Positions 8,977 through 17,928 of a stretch of 64,000 nt of DNA are shown here, one piece after another (positions within the stretch are counted from its first letter, which is position 1; every line of letters begins with the position of its first letter). Both the position numbers and the translations under genes were made by a program. Origin of the DNA: Candidatus Omnitrophota bacterium (GTDB lineage: Bacteria > Omnitrophota > Gorgyraeia > Gygaellales > Profunditerraquicolaceae); assembly GCA_025453395.1 (NCBI GenBank), contig JALOQK010000002.1, positions 474,509 to 538,508 of the forward strand, given 5' to 3'. The notes beneath the pieces are model-generated. The model was not told the origin of the DNA, did no database searches, and saw nothing but the letters and a program-made list of their open reading frames with translations.

Positions 8977-9474
8977 TTAACCCTTTCCCTGTTCTAAACC
9001 TAAAATAACTCGCAAGGCAACAAAAAAGCTCAAAAAGACCCTGCCCCGCAAAGTAATATTTATTTTACCATGGCAAGTTCTTAAAAAACCTTCTTGCACT
9101 AAATCGTCAAAGCGTTCTTGCAATAAATCTTTGGTGTTAAAGTATTTTTTTAGCTCTTGCGCCGAACATCCAGAATAAGAAAATTTACTGATTATCAAGA
9201 TCAATTTAAGCGTCGGAGATACAGCTTGAGCTGCCGGGTAGAAAAGCACGTAGGAAAAAGAAAACGAATATGCCAGAGCTAAAGATAACCAGAAATCCCG
9301 TAAAGGGAAAAACTGCATAAGACAGGTAAGCCCCAAAAGCGGAAAGACTAAAAACAAAGATACAAGCGCCTGAATCTGGGCTTTGGGCCGTTTTATCCTC
9401 CACCAGATTACATGCGCAAGCAAGCTAATCAAGAAACAAAATACGCCCGAAATTAAAACATCCAATGTGATCAT
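8977..9474 (-). CDS. Small integral membrane protein (about 3-4 TM plus a soluble C-terminal domain), function unknown
   Basis: Start re-assigned to the internal ATG at 9474, which forms an ATGA overlap with the stop of the upstream gene (9471-9473). The track ORF extends to 9531 inside the upstream CDS. Confidence 0.4.
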   Translation of the reverse strand: MITLDVLISGVFCFLISLLAHVIWWRIKRPKAQIQALVSLFLVFPLLGLTCLMQFFPLRDFWLSLALAYSFSFSYVLFYPAAQAVSPTLKLILIISKFSYSGCSAQELKKYFNTKDLLQERFDDLVQEGFLRTCHGKINITLRGRVFLSFFVALRVILGLEQGKG

Positions 9475-10796
9475 GGCCTTTTGAATATAAGAAAAACTAC
9501 ACAGGCTAACACGGTAATATAATAAATCCACAACGAAAACCTGTAGAATAACGGGTTATAAATAAATTCCACCTTATGTTTTCCGGCTTGCACCTTAAGC
9601 GCCTTAAAGCAAGCGTTGGCCCTTAAAACTTTAGTTTCTTTGCCGTCTATCTTAGCCTGCCAATACTGGTCATAGCCATCACTAAAATAAATATACCCGT
9701 TCTTCGGGGCAGAACAATTAAATTTAAGGTAATTTGGACCATAAGCTTCTATCTGGTAGGAAAAACCCGAAAGATCGCTATCGGGCCCTATTATCCCTTG
9801 GGATAGGCCTTTTAAATACTCCTCGGCATCTTTTAAATCCAAACTCTCAAAAAACCTTATAACCGCAGCAGTAATCCCGGCATCTTGTCTTATTTTATCA
9901 TAAGTGGCATTTAAATCTGATCTGGCCAAAGAAACCATGTAAATATCTGCCATGCGGCTAAAATATTTTAAACGCACAAAAGTGCTTACATTATCAAGCC
10001 GATACCGCTGCCAAAGATTTAGAAAATAATCTTTGGCGCTTAAATTCAAATACAGGTATTTATAAATCTCCTTCTGCTGGGCGCTTTTCAGGATAAGTTC
10101 TTGCGTAACAGACACAGCGCTTAAAAGCTCCTGCGGGACAAAAGCCTGATCTATTTGCTTGTAGGCCTTCTCTATACCTTGGCGTATTTTCTGTATATCC
10201 GCCTCAGGAACCAGATGCACTACATAGTAATTACTTTGAAGAAGTATATCCGCCAATAATATACTATAAAAATCAAGATATGCCTTTTTATCAAAGGCCG
10301 CCCATTTAGGATAATCCGTATTAGCTAAAATTAAGAATGAAAGGATGTTCCCGGATTTTAAATAATTGGAAAGCGGGTAAGCCCCTCTTCTTATCTTATC
10401 AAGCATCTCTGCAGGATTAGAACGGATAAACCCCTGAGGCAGCAAAATATCAAAGGTGTTAGCATCAAAGGCGGCAAGAGTGTTATAAACAGCTGCCGCG
10501 AAATAACGAAACCTGGCCTCTCCATTAACCTTTTCTAAACGAAACTCAGGCAACGATACTTTATATGCGCGATCAACGAACGGGATAAGTGTCTTGTTTT
10601 CTAAAGTAACCTGCGGGATAATCTGACCGGCAAAGAAAAATAAATCTAAAGCCGCTGACACAATTAATACCCATACAGAAGCTGCCCTTTTGTTTTTCTT
10701 TATGAAATAAAAGACCAAAGCTATGGATACAGCTGTAAAAATGAAAATACAAACCGCATAGATAAAATTATAAAAATATAGGTTTTCGTCAGGCAT
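9471..10796 (-). CDS. YfhO-like GT-C glycosyltransferase, C-terminal half (TM - periplasmic domain - terminal TM)
   Basis: N-terminal TM, about 380 aa of soluble domain, then a terminal TM. The C-terminal motif YIYFSDGYDQYWQAKIDGKETKVLRANACFKALKVQAGKHKVEFIYNP resembles the conserved C-terminal periplasmic block of YfhO-type membrane glycosyltransferases (recalled from memory). It overlaps by 8 nt the polytopic ORF upstream. Confidence 0.45.
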   Translation of the reverse strand: MPDENLYFYNFIYAVCIFIFTAVSIALVFYFIKKNKRAASVWVLIVSAALDLFFFAGQIIPQVTLENKTLIPFVDRAYKVSLPEFRLEKVNGEARFRYFAAAVYNTLAAFDANTFDILLPQGFIRSNPAEMLDKIRRGAYPLSNYLKSGNILSFLILANTDYPKWAAFDKKAYLDFYSILLADILLQSNYYVVHLVPEADIQKIRQGIEKAYKQIDQAFVPQELLSAVSVTQELILKSAQQKEIYKYLYLNLSAKDYFLNLWQRYRLDNVSTFVRLKYFSRMADIYMVSLARSDLNATYDKIRQDAGITAAVIRFFESLDLKDAEEYLKGLSQGIIGPDSDLSGFSYQIEAYGPNYLKFNCSAPKNGYIYFSDGYDQYWQAKIDGKETKVLRANACFKALKVQAGKHKVEFIYNPLFYRFSLWIYYITVLACVVFLIFKRP

Positions 10797-12000
10797 CTTT
10801 ATTTTGGTTCAGCCTCTGGATTAAATCATCCGCCCCCTGCGAACAAAAATAAACAAGGACAAAGATTACAAATGGCTGGAAGATTTCCATATTACGGGCG
10901 TAAATAAGAAATGGCAGCAATAGATACTTTACCCACCCTAAATACTGCTGCAAATTAATCGACACAAGCACCAAGGCCATGAGCACAAAAATGAAATTAA
11001 ATCTAAATTTATGCCTTGAAGAAACCATCCCCCATACCGACAACAACAATGGAATAATACCGATATAAAAAGCGCACTCGGAGAAATATTGCTTGCAGTT
11101 TAGGCTGTTCCAGAATTTAGCGGCTACCCCCGGGAAAAATAGCCCCAGATAATCCGCCGGCATAATTGGAACAGAAGTCCCCTGGTACATCTGGCGCATG
11201 ATTGCGATATTTTTATCTTTCTCAATAAAAACAGCAAGAGTATGCAAAAATAGGCCTGAAATCACCAAGACGCCAATAAGAAATATTCTTCTATTCTTTC
11301 TATCCTTTATTAGGCTAAGCAAGTAGGCTTTTCTATTAAACAAAAGGCTTAAAAAGAAAAATTGCATAAAAGTTAACACATAGGCGCCCTGATAGCTGTT
11401 AAGCGATAGCCCTAAGAAAAAACAAAAACCAACCATATTATATATGTTAAATTTATCCTCCAATAAACGCATAAGAAACCACATGCCCCAAGCTGTCCAG
11501 GCAAAAGTAACAAAAACGCCCGACTGCCTAAAGCTTACAAAGGTAAAAGTAGAGAAAATAAAAACAAAAAAAGCAAAAAGCCCAGACAGCGTATACTTAC
11601 TTACTTTGCGCATAGCAAAATAAACCCCAAGGGCATAGAGAAATATCTTTGTAAGAAAATCAAGATGATACAGGGAAAAAAGCGAAAGATTAAAAAACTT
11701 GAAAATAAAAACAAGCGGGAAAGTAGTTATTTCCAAAAGGCGCAAGATCCCGATATTATAATAAAATGGCCCTCCGCAGTAATTATAAATATCCCAATAA
11801 GGAAAAACCCCGTTCATTAGGCAATTATAGAAATAATGCGCGCCTCCAAATTGCCACATTGTGTCATGCGAAAAGGTGCGCTTGAAACAGACAAAAACAA
11901 TCAATACAAAAATAAAATACAGAAAGCAAATGCAGCCCAAAAGCAACAATTCCTGTCTGTTTATCTTGGCCTTATTGAGAGAAAAAACATCCATCACCAA
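10789..12000 (-). CDS. Polytopic membrane protein, probable N-terminal half of a YfhO-like GT-C glycosyltransferase
   Basis: About 11 predicted TM helices. The conserved-looking N-terminal loop FSHDTMWQFGGAHYF...GVFPYWD resembles the D..FH / P.W region of YfhO (recalled from memory). Taken with 9471-10796 it reconstitutes a full-length (~840 aa) YfhO-like architecture. Confidence 0.45.
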   Translation of the reverse strand: MVMDVFSLNKAKINRQELLLLGCICFLYFIFVLIVFVCFKRTFSHDTMWQFGGAHYFYNCLMNGVFPYWDIYNYCGGPFYYNIGILRLLEITTFPLVFIFKFFNLSLFSLYHLDFLTKIFLYALGVYFAMRKVSKYTLSGLFAFFVFIFSTFTFVSFRQSGVFVTFAWTAWGMWFLMRLLEDKFNIYNMVGFCFFLGLSLNSYQGAYVLTFMQFFFLSLLFNRKAYLLSLIKDRKNRRIFLIGVLVISGLFLHTLAVFIEKDKNIAIMRQMYQGTSVPIMPADYLGLFFPGVAAKFWNSLNCKQYFSECAFYIGIIPLLLSVWGMVSSRHKFRFNFIFVLMALVLVSINLQQYLGWVKYLLLPFLIYARNMEIFQPFVIFVLVYFCSQGADDLIQRLNQNKDA

Positions 12001-12006
12001 AACCTC

Positions 12007-13779
12007 TTATCCTCTGGTTATGCGCCTGAAGATATAAAAATCTCCAAAATTCTTTTCCAAAATAAAATATTTTCCTATTAAATTGAAGATTTCCTCATCT
12101 GCGATTATCTTAGAAGAAATCTTGTCAGCCACAAAATATTCTACTGGCGATTGCGACAAGAAAACGAGAAGCAACATTCTGTCTGAAGCCTGAAAGATCT
12201 TTTCGGGAGGAATATTTTGGGCGATTTTAATGCCTTTACGGTAAACAAGATAATATTCTATATCCTGGCGTAATACTGTAACTGAACCATCTTGAATTCT
12301 TGAAGAAAGATATTCCACGGTCTTGCCAAGGCCTTTCTCGCCATAATTAAGCCATATCTCAAAAGTAAGGTAATCCGCCTTAGCCTGATTCAAAGAAAGA
12401 GCAATGTTTATTGGAAAAATCAATAAAACAGATGTTAAGGCAAAACCAGGCATCCAATCTTTGATTTTTAAGAAAAGGCTTATTAGGATAAAGGCAAACC
12501 CTAGAGGCAGATAGTAATACCATAAAAAGTGCCCGTTAAGGTATTTATAAAGCGGCCCCCAAAGCCCGAGAAGATAATCTCCCAGCGTATAGTAATGAGC
12601 AGTAAAAATTATGAGAACCAAACTTAAAACACAAGCCTGCAAAGCCGAAACAGTAAAAGCCTTTCCGGTTGCTTCTTCTTTTTTCTCTATCGCCCATATT
12701 GCTGTCCAGGCAACAAGGATAAGCAAGAGGTTATACGCCGGATAATGGTATTTGAGCATATCAATCGTGGGCCGAAAAAGCTGGAATGGAACCCACATGG
12801 ATAAAGCGCAAACAAAAATAAAATCCACTGTTTCAGCCTTTCGCGTTAAGAAAAAGTTTTTCACGCGGGTATAAACAAAAATTGCTCCGGCTGTAAAAAA
12901 CGCAGCTGAAACCCAATAGATATGCCAACGCAGACCATAAAAGAATCTCTCCCATAATTGAGAAAAATAATTTGGCGTAAATGCCTGCTTGCTTTTGTTA
13001 ATAAGCGTAAATTTTATAAACCCTAAAACATCTGTTCCAGTAAAGAAACAGTATAGCCACCACCCAAGCCAGAAAATAATAAAACCCGTTATGCCCACTA
13101 ACAATAAATCCAATAACATCTTCTTAAATTCGCAGGATAAAATACGGTAAACAATGATCCCGCATAAAAGAAAGCTGGGAGCCAATTCTTTTGACCACAG
13201 GCACAAAGAAAATAAAACCGCCAGCTTCAAACGGCTTTTTATGCCGCTTTTCTTATCCAAATCCCCCTTCATTTCAAAATCTATGAAAAAATACAGAAAA
13301 AGAAGAATCGTAGAAGCTAGTATGTTGTTATCGGCATTGATAACCACAGAATGCTGGACTAATAAGGGATTAACAAGGTATAGGCCCGTTAAGATTGCCA
13401 AGCCTGTTCTTTGCAGGTATTTTTTCTTGTCAGAAAGAAGCTTAAATAGTATTAGCGCTGATAAAAATAGCGACAGGAGAAAATGGAAAACTCCATACAG
13501 GCGCAAAGGCAGCTCTGCGGGGCCAAAGACCTTTTGGACAAGGGCATGGGTAAAAGTGTATAGAAGCGGATGCGTCACCGGCATGTTGCCTTCGGCCACA
13601 GGAAGGAATGTTTTAGGGCCAATGCGGCTGAATTTAAGGCCCATAGTGGCTTCTTCAGCTTCATCCAGATGAAAAGGCTGGCGCACAGCGTTACGGAAGG
13701 CTAAGTACGAGGAAACAATAATAATCCCTGCCGCTAAAACAAAACACGCTCGTTTAATGAAAAGATTAATCGCGGGCAT
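12007..13779 (-). CDS. GT-C fold glycosyltransferase, ArnT/PMT-like (GT83/GT39-type)
   Basis: 590 aa, more than 10 TM helices. The first extracytoplasmic loop after TM1 carries PFHLDEAEEATMG, a DE-containing motif like the catalytic loop-1 DE(xRYAE) of ArnT/PMT family enzymes. Confidence 0.6.
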   Translation of the reverse strand: MPAINLFIKRACFVLAAGIIIVSSYLAFRNAVRQPFHLDEAEEATMGLKFSRIGPKTFLPVAEGNMPVTHPLLYTFTHALVQKVFGPAELPLRLYGVFHFLLSLFLSALILFKLLSDKKKYLQRTGLAILTGLYLVNPLLVQHSVVINADNNILASTILLFLYFFIDFEMKGDLDKKSGIKSRLKLAVLFSLCLWSKELAPSFLLCGIIVYRILSCEFKKMLLDLLLVGITGFIIFWLGWWLYCFFTGTDVLGFIKFTLINKSKQAFTPNYFSQLWERFFYGLRWHIYWVSAAFFTAGAIFVYTRVKNFFLTRKAETVDFIFVCALSMWVPFQLFRPTIDMLKYHYPAYNLLLILVAWTAIWAIEKKEEATGKAFTVSALQACVLSLVLIIFTAHYYTLGDYLLGLWGPLYKYLNGHFLWYYYLPLGFAFILISLFLKIKDWMPGFALTSVLLIFPINIALSLNQAKADYLTFEIWLNYGEKGLGKTVEYLSSRIQDGSVTVLRQDIEYYLVYRKGIKIAQNIPPEKIFQASDRMLLLVFLSQSPVEYFVADKISSKIIADEEIFNLIGKYFILEKNFGDFYIFRRITRG

Positions 13780-13791
13780 AAGCTTTAAGGC

Positions 13792-14247
13792 CTACTTTAT
13801 CAAACGATATGCCTTAAGCCTGTCTAAAACCGCCAGGCGATATGTTTCTATGGCAGCGTTGTCTGTTTGCTTCTTAGCCATATCCACAATACGTAAAGCA
13901 AAATAAATCGGGATAGGCATATTTTCCGCAATCTGATAGAATCTATTCACGTAAACCGAATACTCGCTAAAAGAAGCATTATTCCCCAATATCGGCGAAC
14001 CTGTTAAAGCGCTGGCCTCTGCGACTTCTTTCAAGAGAATCTCTCTAATAATTTCCCTGCGCGAATCATCTATTTTATAATTATCGATTGCTCGCCAATC
14101 AAAACCATCAGAAAACTTAAATTCCGGAGTGTATGCGATGTTCTGTGATTTCTTACCCAAAGAAGCAAGAATAATGGCTATAAATATAATTAACACTATC
14201 CCCACGGAAGAAATAATAACCGTCTTCTTATCAAGCGCCTTATCCAT
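13792..14247 (-). CDS. Small membrane-anchored protein, paralog of 14266-14706
   Basis: N-terminal TM anchor (VIISSVGIVLIIFIAIILASL) then a soluble domain. The block ...GSPILGNNASFSEYSVYVNRFYQIAENMPIPIYFALRIVDMAKK...DNAAIETYRLAVLDRL aligns with ...GAPVLALNPNATDFLMAYNTFIYNFPEIVDIYYS...PLFYALHVAEIVKNGG.DTDIQGYYKMITDKL of the neighbouring gene. Confidence 0.45.
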   Translation of the reverse strand: MDKALDKKTVIISSVGIVLIIFIAIILASLGKKSQNIAYTPEFKFSDGFDWRAIDNYKIDDSRREIIREILLKEVAEASALTGSPILGNNASFSEYSVYVNRFYQIAENMPIPIYFALRIVDMAKKQTDNAAIETYRLAVLDRLKAYRLIK

Positions 14248-14265
14248 AGAATTATCCCTTTCTAT

Positions 14266-14706
14266 TTATTCCCCCTGGCCGATTATGCCTACACTTTTTA
14301 ATTTATCAGTGATCATTTTATAATACCCCTGTATATCCGTGTCTGTCCCGCCGTTTTTAACTATCTCGGCCACATGTAAAGCATAAAACAATGGCAAATC
14401 CCTGTTAGAAGGCTTGCTATAATAGATATCAACTATTTCAGGAAAATTGTAAATAAAAGTATTGTAGGCCATTAAAAAATCTGTGGCATTGGGATTTAAG
14501 GCTAAAACCGGAGCCCCATTAAAAAGACTTGTCTCGTAGGCAGATTTTAAAAAGACCATCTTTAGCTTCTTCTCCTCTGTCTTAGACAGCCCCAGCGCCC
14601 CTAAAGCATTCCAGTCATTTCCATCAAAGAAACGATACTGGCAAAATGCTGGCTTAATTACCAATAAAGATGCCATTAACAATAAGGCTAGCGTTATTTT
14701 CTTCAT
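14266..14706 (-). CDS. Small secreted protein (signal peptide), paralog of 13792-14247
   Basis: Cleavable-looking signal peptide MKKITLALLLMASLLVIKPAFC, then a domain homologous to 13792-14247. AAGGAG lies 8 nt upstream of the ATG and a TATAAT-like hexamer sits in the 39-nt upstream gap. Confidence 0.45.
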   Translation of the reverse strand: MKKITLALLLMASLLVIKPAFCQYRFFDGNDWNALGALGLSKTEEKKLKMVFLKSAYETSLFNGAPVLALNPNATDFLMAYNTFIYNFPEIVDIYYSKPSNRDLPLFYALHVAEIVKNGGTDTDIQGYYKMITDKLKSVGIIGQGE

Positions 14707-14745
14707 ACTCGCGGCTCCTTTTCTATTAATAATTATATAATTATT

Positions 14746-15738
14746 TTATCGCTTATTAATCCGATAGTCCACTACTATTCTGCTTAAAAGCGCCGAAGCT
14801 AACCCCAAGCCCCTAGCAAAAGACCTAAACAAAGACAGGATTATAAATAGCAGATACTTAAGATTACGGCACCTAATTGCCATAATAACCCCAACCTGAA
14901 GATGCAAAAATATCTGCGCAGCAAACAAGGCAAACCAAATATTGCGCAGATCATGAAAAAATAAGAATGGAAAAGTAATAATCAGCGCCAAAGCCAAAAC
15001 CGGCTGGGCATAATCTAAGAGGCCGCTATAGTCATCACCCATGGACATCTGGGGATGCTCCAAATACAATTTTACCCTCCAAAACCCATGCCAGAATTGA
15101 GTGCGCAAGTATTTAATGGGATTCTCCGGATGATAATGGCAGACTTTAACATTCTTATCAAAGATAAGCGCATAACCTTTTTTAATGATTTTATAAGATA
15201 AATCATTGTCTTCGCCGCTTGCCATGGGATACTGCTGGTTAAATCCTCCTGTTTCTTCTAAAATTATTTTTCTGGCAGAAAAGTTATACGACCCCAAGGC
15301 CTTAACCCTTAAAGGCATCTTGGCATGACGCAGCATTATCTCTTCATGAATTAGGCTGGCTAAAAGGTTTTGTGGATTGGCGATATCGTAAGAACCTCCT
15401 GCGCAGGCAACTTGCGCATCTTCATAGTATTTCACAAGATTTTTTACCCAAGCTAAGCTAGGCAGGCAATCAGAATCGGTAAAGAAAACTATTTCTCCTT
15501 TGGCGCTTTTCCATCCGGTGTTACGCGCCGCTGCCGGTCCGGCGTTATCCTGATAGATATACTTAATGCCTGTTTTATCAAGAAACTCGCCAGTCTTATC
15601 AGTTGACCCATCATCAACCACGATTATCTCTATTGCCTCACTGGGATAATCCTGAGAAAGGCAGGCCTTAATAGACTGTTTTAGGGTCTTAAAAGAATTA
15701 AAAGAAGGAATAACTATAGAAATTAATTTTTCTTTCAT
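14746..15738 (-). CDS. Family 2 glycosyltransferase with C-terminal transmembrane helices (membrane-integrated GT2)
   Basis: ISIVIPSFNS...VVDDGSTDKT, a TDSDC DXD motif, a GEDNDL acid motif and three C-terminal TM helices. Confidence 0.75.
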   Translation of the reverse strand: MKEKLISIVIPSFNSFKTLKQSIKACLSQDYPSEAIEIIVVDDGSTDKTGEFLDKTGIKYIYQDNAGPAAARNTGWKSAKGEIVFFTDSDCLPSLAWVKNLVKYYEDAQVACAGGSYDIANPQNLLASLIHEEIMLRHAKMPLRVKALGSYNFSARKIILEETGGFNQQYPMASGEDNDLSYKIIKKGYALIFDKNVKVCHYHPENPIKYLRTQFWHGFWRVKLYLEHPQMSMGDDYSGLLDYAQPVLALALIITFPFLFFHDLRNIWFALFAAQIFLHLQVGVIMAIRCRNLKYLLFIILSLFRSFARGLGLASALLSRIVVDYRINKR

Positions 15739-15744
15739 TGATCA

Positions 15745-16848
15745 TTACGTATGAGCAAGCTGCTCTTGGCCCATAAAATGCCAAGGCTGAAGAATAAGTT
15801 CCCCGGAAGATTCTTTGATGCCGCGGTCACCATAATAAGAAGCGTAATTCTTCCAGATCCCCCCGCAAATAAAACCATACCGGCATCTCTTACACTGCGG
15901 GAACTTATGTTTATGCAGAAAACTATGCGCCTGCAGTATCGCAGCAGATTTAAAATGTTCCATGCCCCAGGAAAGCCATTTTTCTTTCTCTGGCAGCAAC
16001 ATCATGCCTAGGCCTACTGCCCCAACCCATTTTAGCCGGTTTTCCCTGATAAAGGAACGCAAATAATAATTCCATTCATCGTGATCATAATGCACCTGAT
16101 GCACATTCTGCACGTGTTTTTCATAACCGGCCATCTGACAAAAAGGGATATAGCGAAAGGTAAGTTTATTAAAAAACGGCCCAAAATCATCCGCGATTCT
16201 TTTAAGCTTATCGGAAACATCCGCATAGCAGATAAAATTCTTCTTATCTGAAAACTTAGCCTGTTCAATAGGGTTAAAAAGTATAAAATTAACTATTTTT
16301 ACCCCCAAGTCCTTAAATAGCTTTGCCCGCTGATATACATCAGAAAAATTCTCTCCGTTAACCACAGAATTACAGCGCACTTTTACCGATAAACCTAAAA
16401 GATTTTCTATGGCTTTGTTTAAAAGTTTATAGCTTCCGGGCATACCGGTGACCTTATCATGAACATCGCTGGTAGAGCCATGCAGAGAAAAAAGAAAATC
16501 CTCCACCTTATTCTCAACTAAGCGTCGAGCAAAAGACCTATCTGACAGCAATATCCCGTTTGTTATCAAAGATATTTTCTTAAAACCTTTATCTCTTGCG
16601 AAAGATACAAGCTCTAGAAAATCCTTGCGGATAGTAGGCTCTCCTCCGGTAAACTCTAAAACCTGCATCTTCTTGGCGGCATAGTAAGAAATAAGATTTT
16701 TGCATCGCAGGGTAGACAAATCTTTATTTTTATTCTTAGACTTCACATCATTAAGATAATAACAAAATGAGCACTTAAGATTGCAAGAATAACCGGTGTT
16801 TATATCTATCCTTTTGGTAAGCTTAGGCGGCGGCAGTTGATTTTTCAT
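15745..16848 (-). CDS. Radical SAM enzyme with a Cys-rich C-terminal SPASM/twitch-like region
   Basis: TGYSCNLKCSFCYY (CX3CX2C), TGGEP and C-terminal CQMAGYEK...CKRCRYGFICGG. Confidence 0.75.
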   Translation of the reverse strand: MKNQLPPPKLTKRIDINTGYSCNLKCSFCYYLNDVKSKNKNKDLSTLRCKNLISYYAAKKMQVLEFTGGEPTIRKDFLELVSFARDKGFKKISLITNGILLSDRSFARRLVENKVEDFLFSLHGSTSDVHDKVTGMPGSYKLLNKAIENLLGLSVKVRCNSVVNGENFSDVYQRAKLFKDLGVKIVNFILFNPIEQAKFSDKKNFICYADVSDKLKRIADDFGPFFNKLTFRYIPFCQMAGYEKHVQNVHQVHYDHDEWNYYLRSFIRENRLKWVGAVGLGMMLLPEKEKWLSWGMEHFKSAAILQAHSFLHKHKFPQCKRCRYGFICGGIWKNYASYYGDRGIKESSGELILQPWHFMGQEQLAHT

Positions 16849-16858
16849 ATTATAAAAA

Positions 16859-17203
16859 TTATTTCTTCTTCAGCCTAGAAAGCTCTTCTTTTAAAATGCC
16901 TATTTCCTGAGCAAGTTTTTCCGTGCGGCTATTCTGCTGGCAGATATAACCAGTTAAGAACAAACTCAACAAAACTACAAATATTCCGATCACAAAAAAT
17001 ATAAAATTACTGGGAAGCTTGAAACCCAGCTTTTCCGCCAAAGAAAACAAGAAATTCTCATAGGCAGCTAAAACAATCGCTGTTGATGACAATACAAGCC
17101 ACATAAGCGCGTATTTAAAAGTTATTTTCTCCCTGCGGATAAGCTCAATAACTAACAATAAGAATACAACCGATACGCTTATGGCGAATATCTTTATTTG
17201 CAT
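16859..17203 (-). CDS. Small 3-4 TM membrane protein, DUF2304-like partner of the adjacent GT2
   Basis: 114 aa with hydrophobic helices and a charged C-terminal tail (EIGILKEELSRLKKK). It overlaps the upstream GT2 by 10 nt; the GT2 + ~115-aa membrane protein pairing is a recurrent arrangement. Confidence 0.45.
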   Translation of the reverse strand: MQIKIFAISVSVVFLLLVIELIRREKITFKYALMWLVLSSTAIVLAAYENFLFSLAEKLGFKLPSNFIFFVIGIFVVLLSLFLTGYICQQNSRTEKLAQEIGILKEELSRLKKK

Positions 17204-17928
17204 ACCTTATAGCTCCTTTTCTTAAGAAGACATAGAATAACCGCTAATGTTACCTTAAACATGTAATAACCGGATTTCAAAAACCTTATTGAAGAAACGC
17301 CTGACTGACGCGGATGCATTCTAACTGGAACTTCTTTTATCTTGGCATTATAGCAACGGGCGATAACTATTCCTTCGGGCTCCGGAAAATCAATCGGGTA
17401 ACAGCAAGAAAACAAGGCGATCAACTTTTTTCCTGTGGCGCGAAAACCCGATGTCGGATCAGTGGTTTTCTGTCCGGTCAACAAGCTTATCAAGCAAGAA
17501 AAAAACTTAATGCCCACTCGCCTTAAGAAAGAAGACTTATAATAGGCGTCTTTTGCCAGAAATCTGCTGCCTACGCAAAGATCTACATTTTCTTTCAGAA
17601 CCGGATCAAGTATGTCCTTTATAAAACTGGCATCGTGCTGGCCATCGGCATCAAATTGCACAACAGCATCATATCCATTAAGATGGGCATACTTAAAGCC
17701 GGTTTGCACTGCCCCGCCTATACCCAAATTAAAAGGAAGCCTTATAACTGAAGCTGCTGTATCTTCAGCTAATTGCGCAGTATTATCAAATGAGCCGTCA
17801 TCTACCACTAAAATATCCACATCAAGCATCGCACTTTTAATGCCGGAAACAACTTTCAGGATGTTTCCTGACTCATTCAAAGCCGGAATAATAACCAAGG
17901 TCTTAACGGCCGCCGCCCCAGGCTGCAT
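17194..17928 (-). CDS. Family 2 glycosyltransferase (polyprenyl-phosphate sugar synthase-like, soluble)
   Basis: LVIIPALNESGNI...VVDDGSFDNTAQLA...QFDADGQHD; GT-A signature like DPM/ArnC-type enzymes but without TM helices. Confidence 0.8.
   Translation of the reverse strand: MQPGAAAVKTLVIIPALNESGNILKVVSGIKSAMLDVDILVVDDGSFDNTAQLAEDTAASVIRLPFNLGIGGAVQTGFKYAHLNGYDAVVQFDADGQHDASFIKDILDPVLKENVDLCVGSRFLAKDAYYKSSFLRRVGIKFFSCLISLLTGQKTTDPTSGFRATGKKLIALFSCCYPIDFPEPEGIVIARCYNAKIKEVPVRMHPRQSGVSSIRFLKSGYYMFKVTLAVILCLLKKRSYKVCK

Noticed and set aside
13154-13672. 172-aa plus-strand ORF, and many similar 60-180-aa plus-strand ORFs (e.g. 17612-17968, 33448-33825, 43025-43408, 56401-56781, 58766-59311)
   Set aside because: All lie antisense within well-supported minus-strand genes with recognisable domain motifs. 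Their translations are low-complexity or Ser/Pro/Arg-rich, as expected from the reverse frames of A/T-rich coding sequence. No Shine-Dalgarno or promoter context is present.
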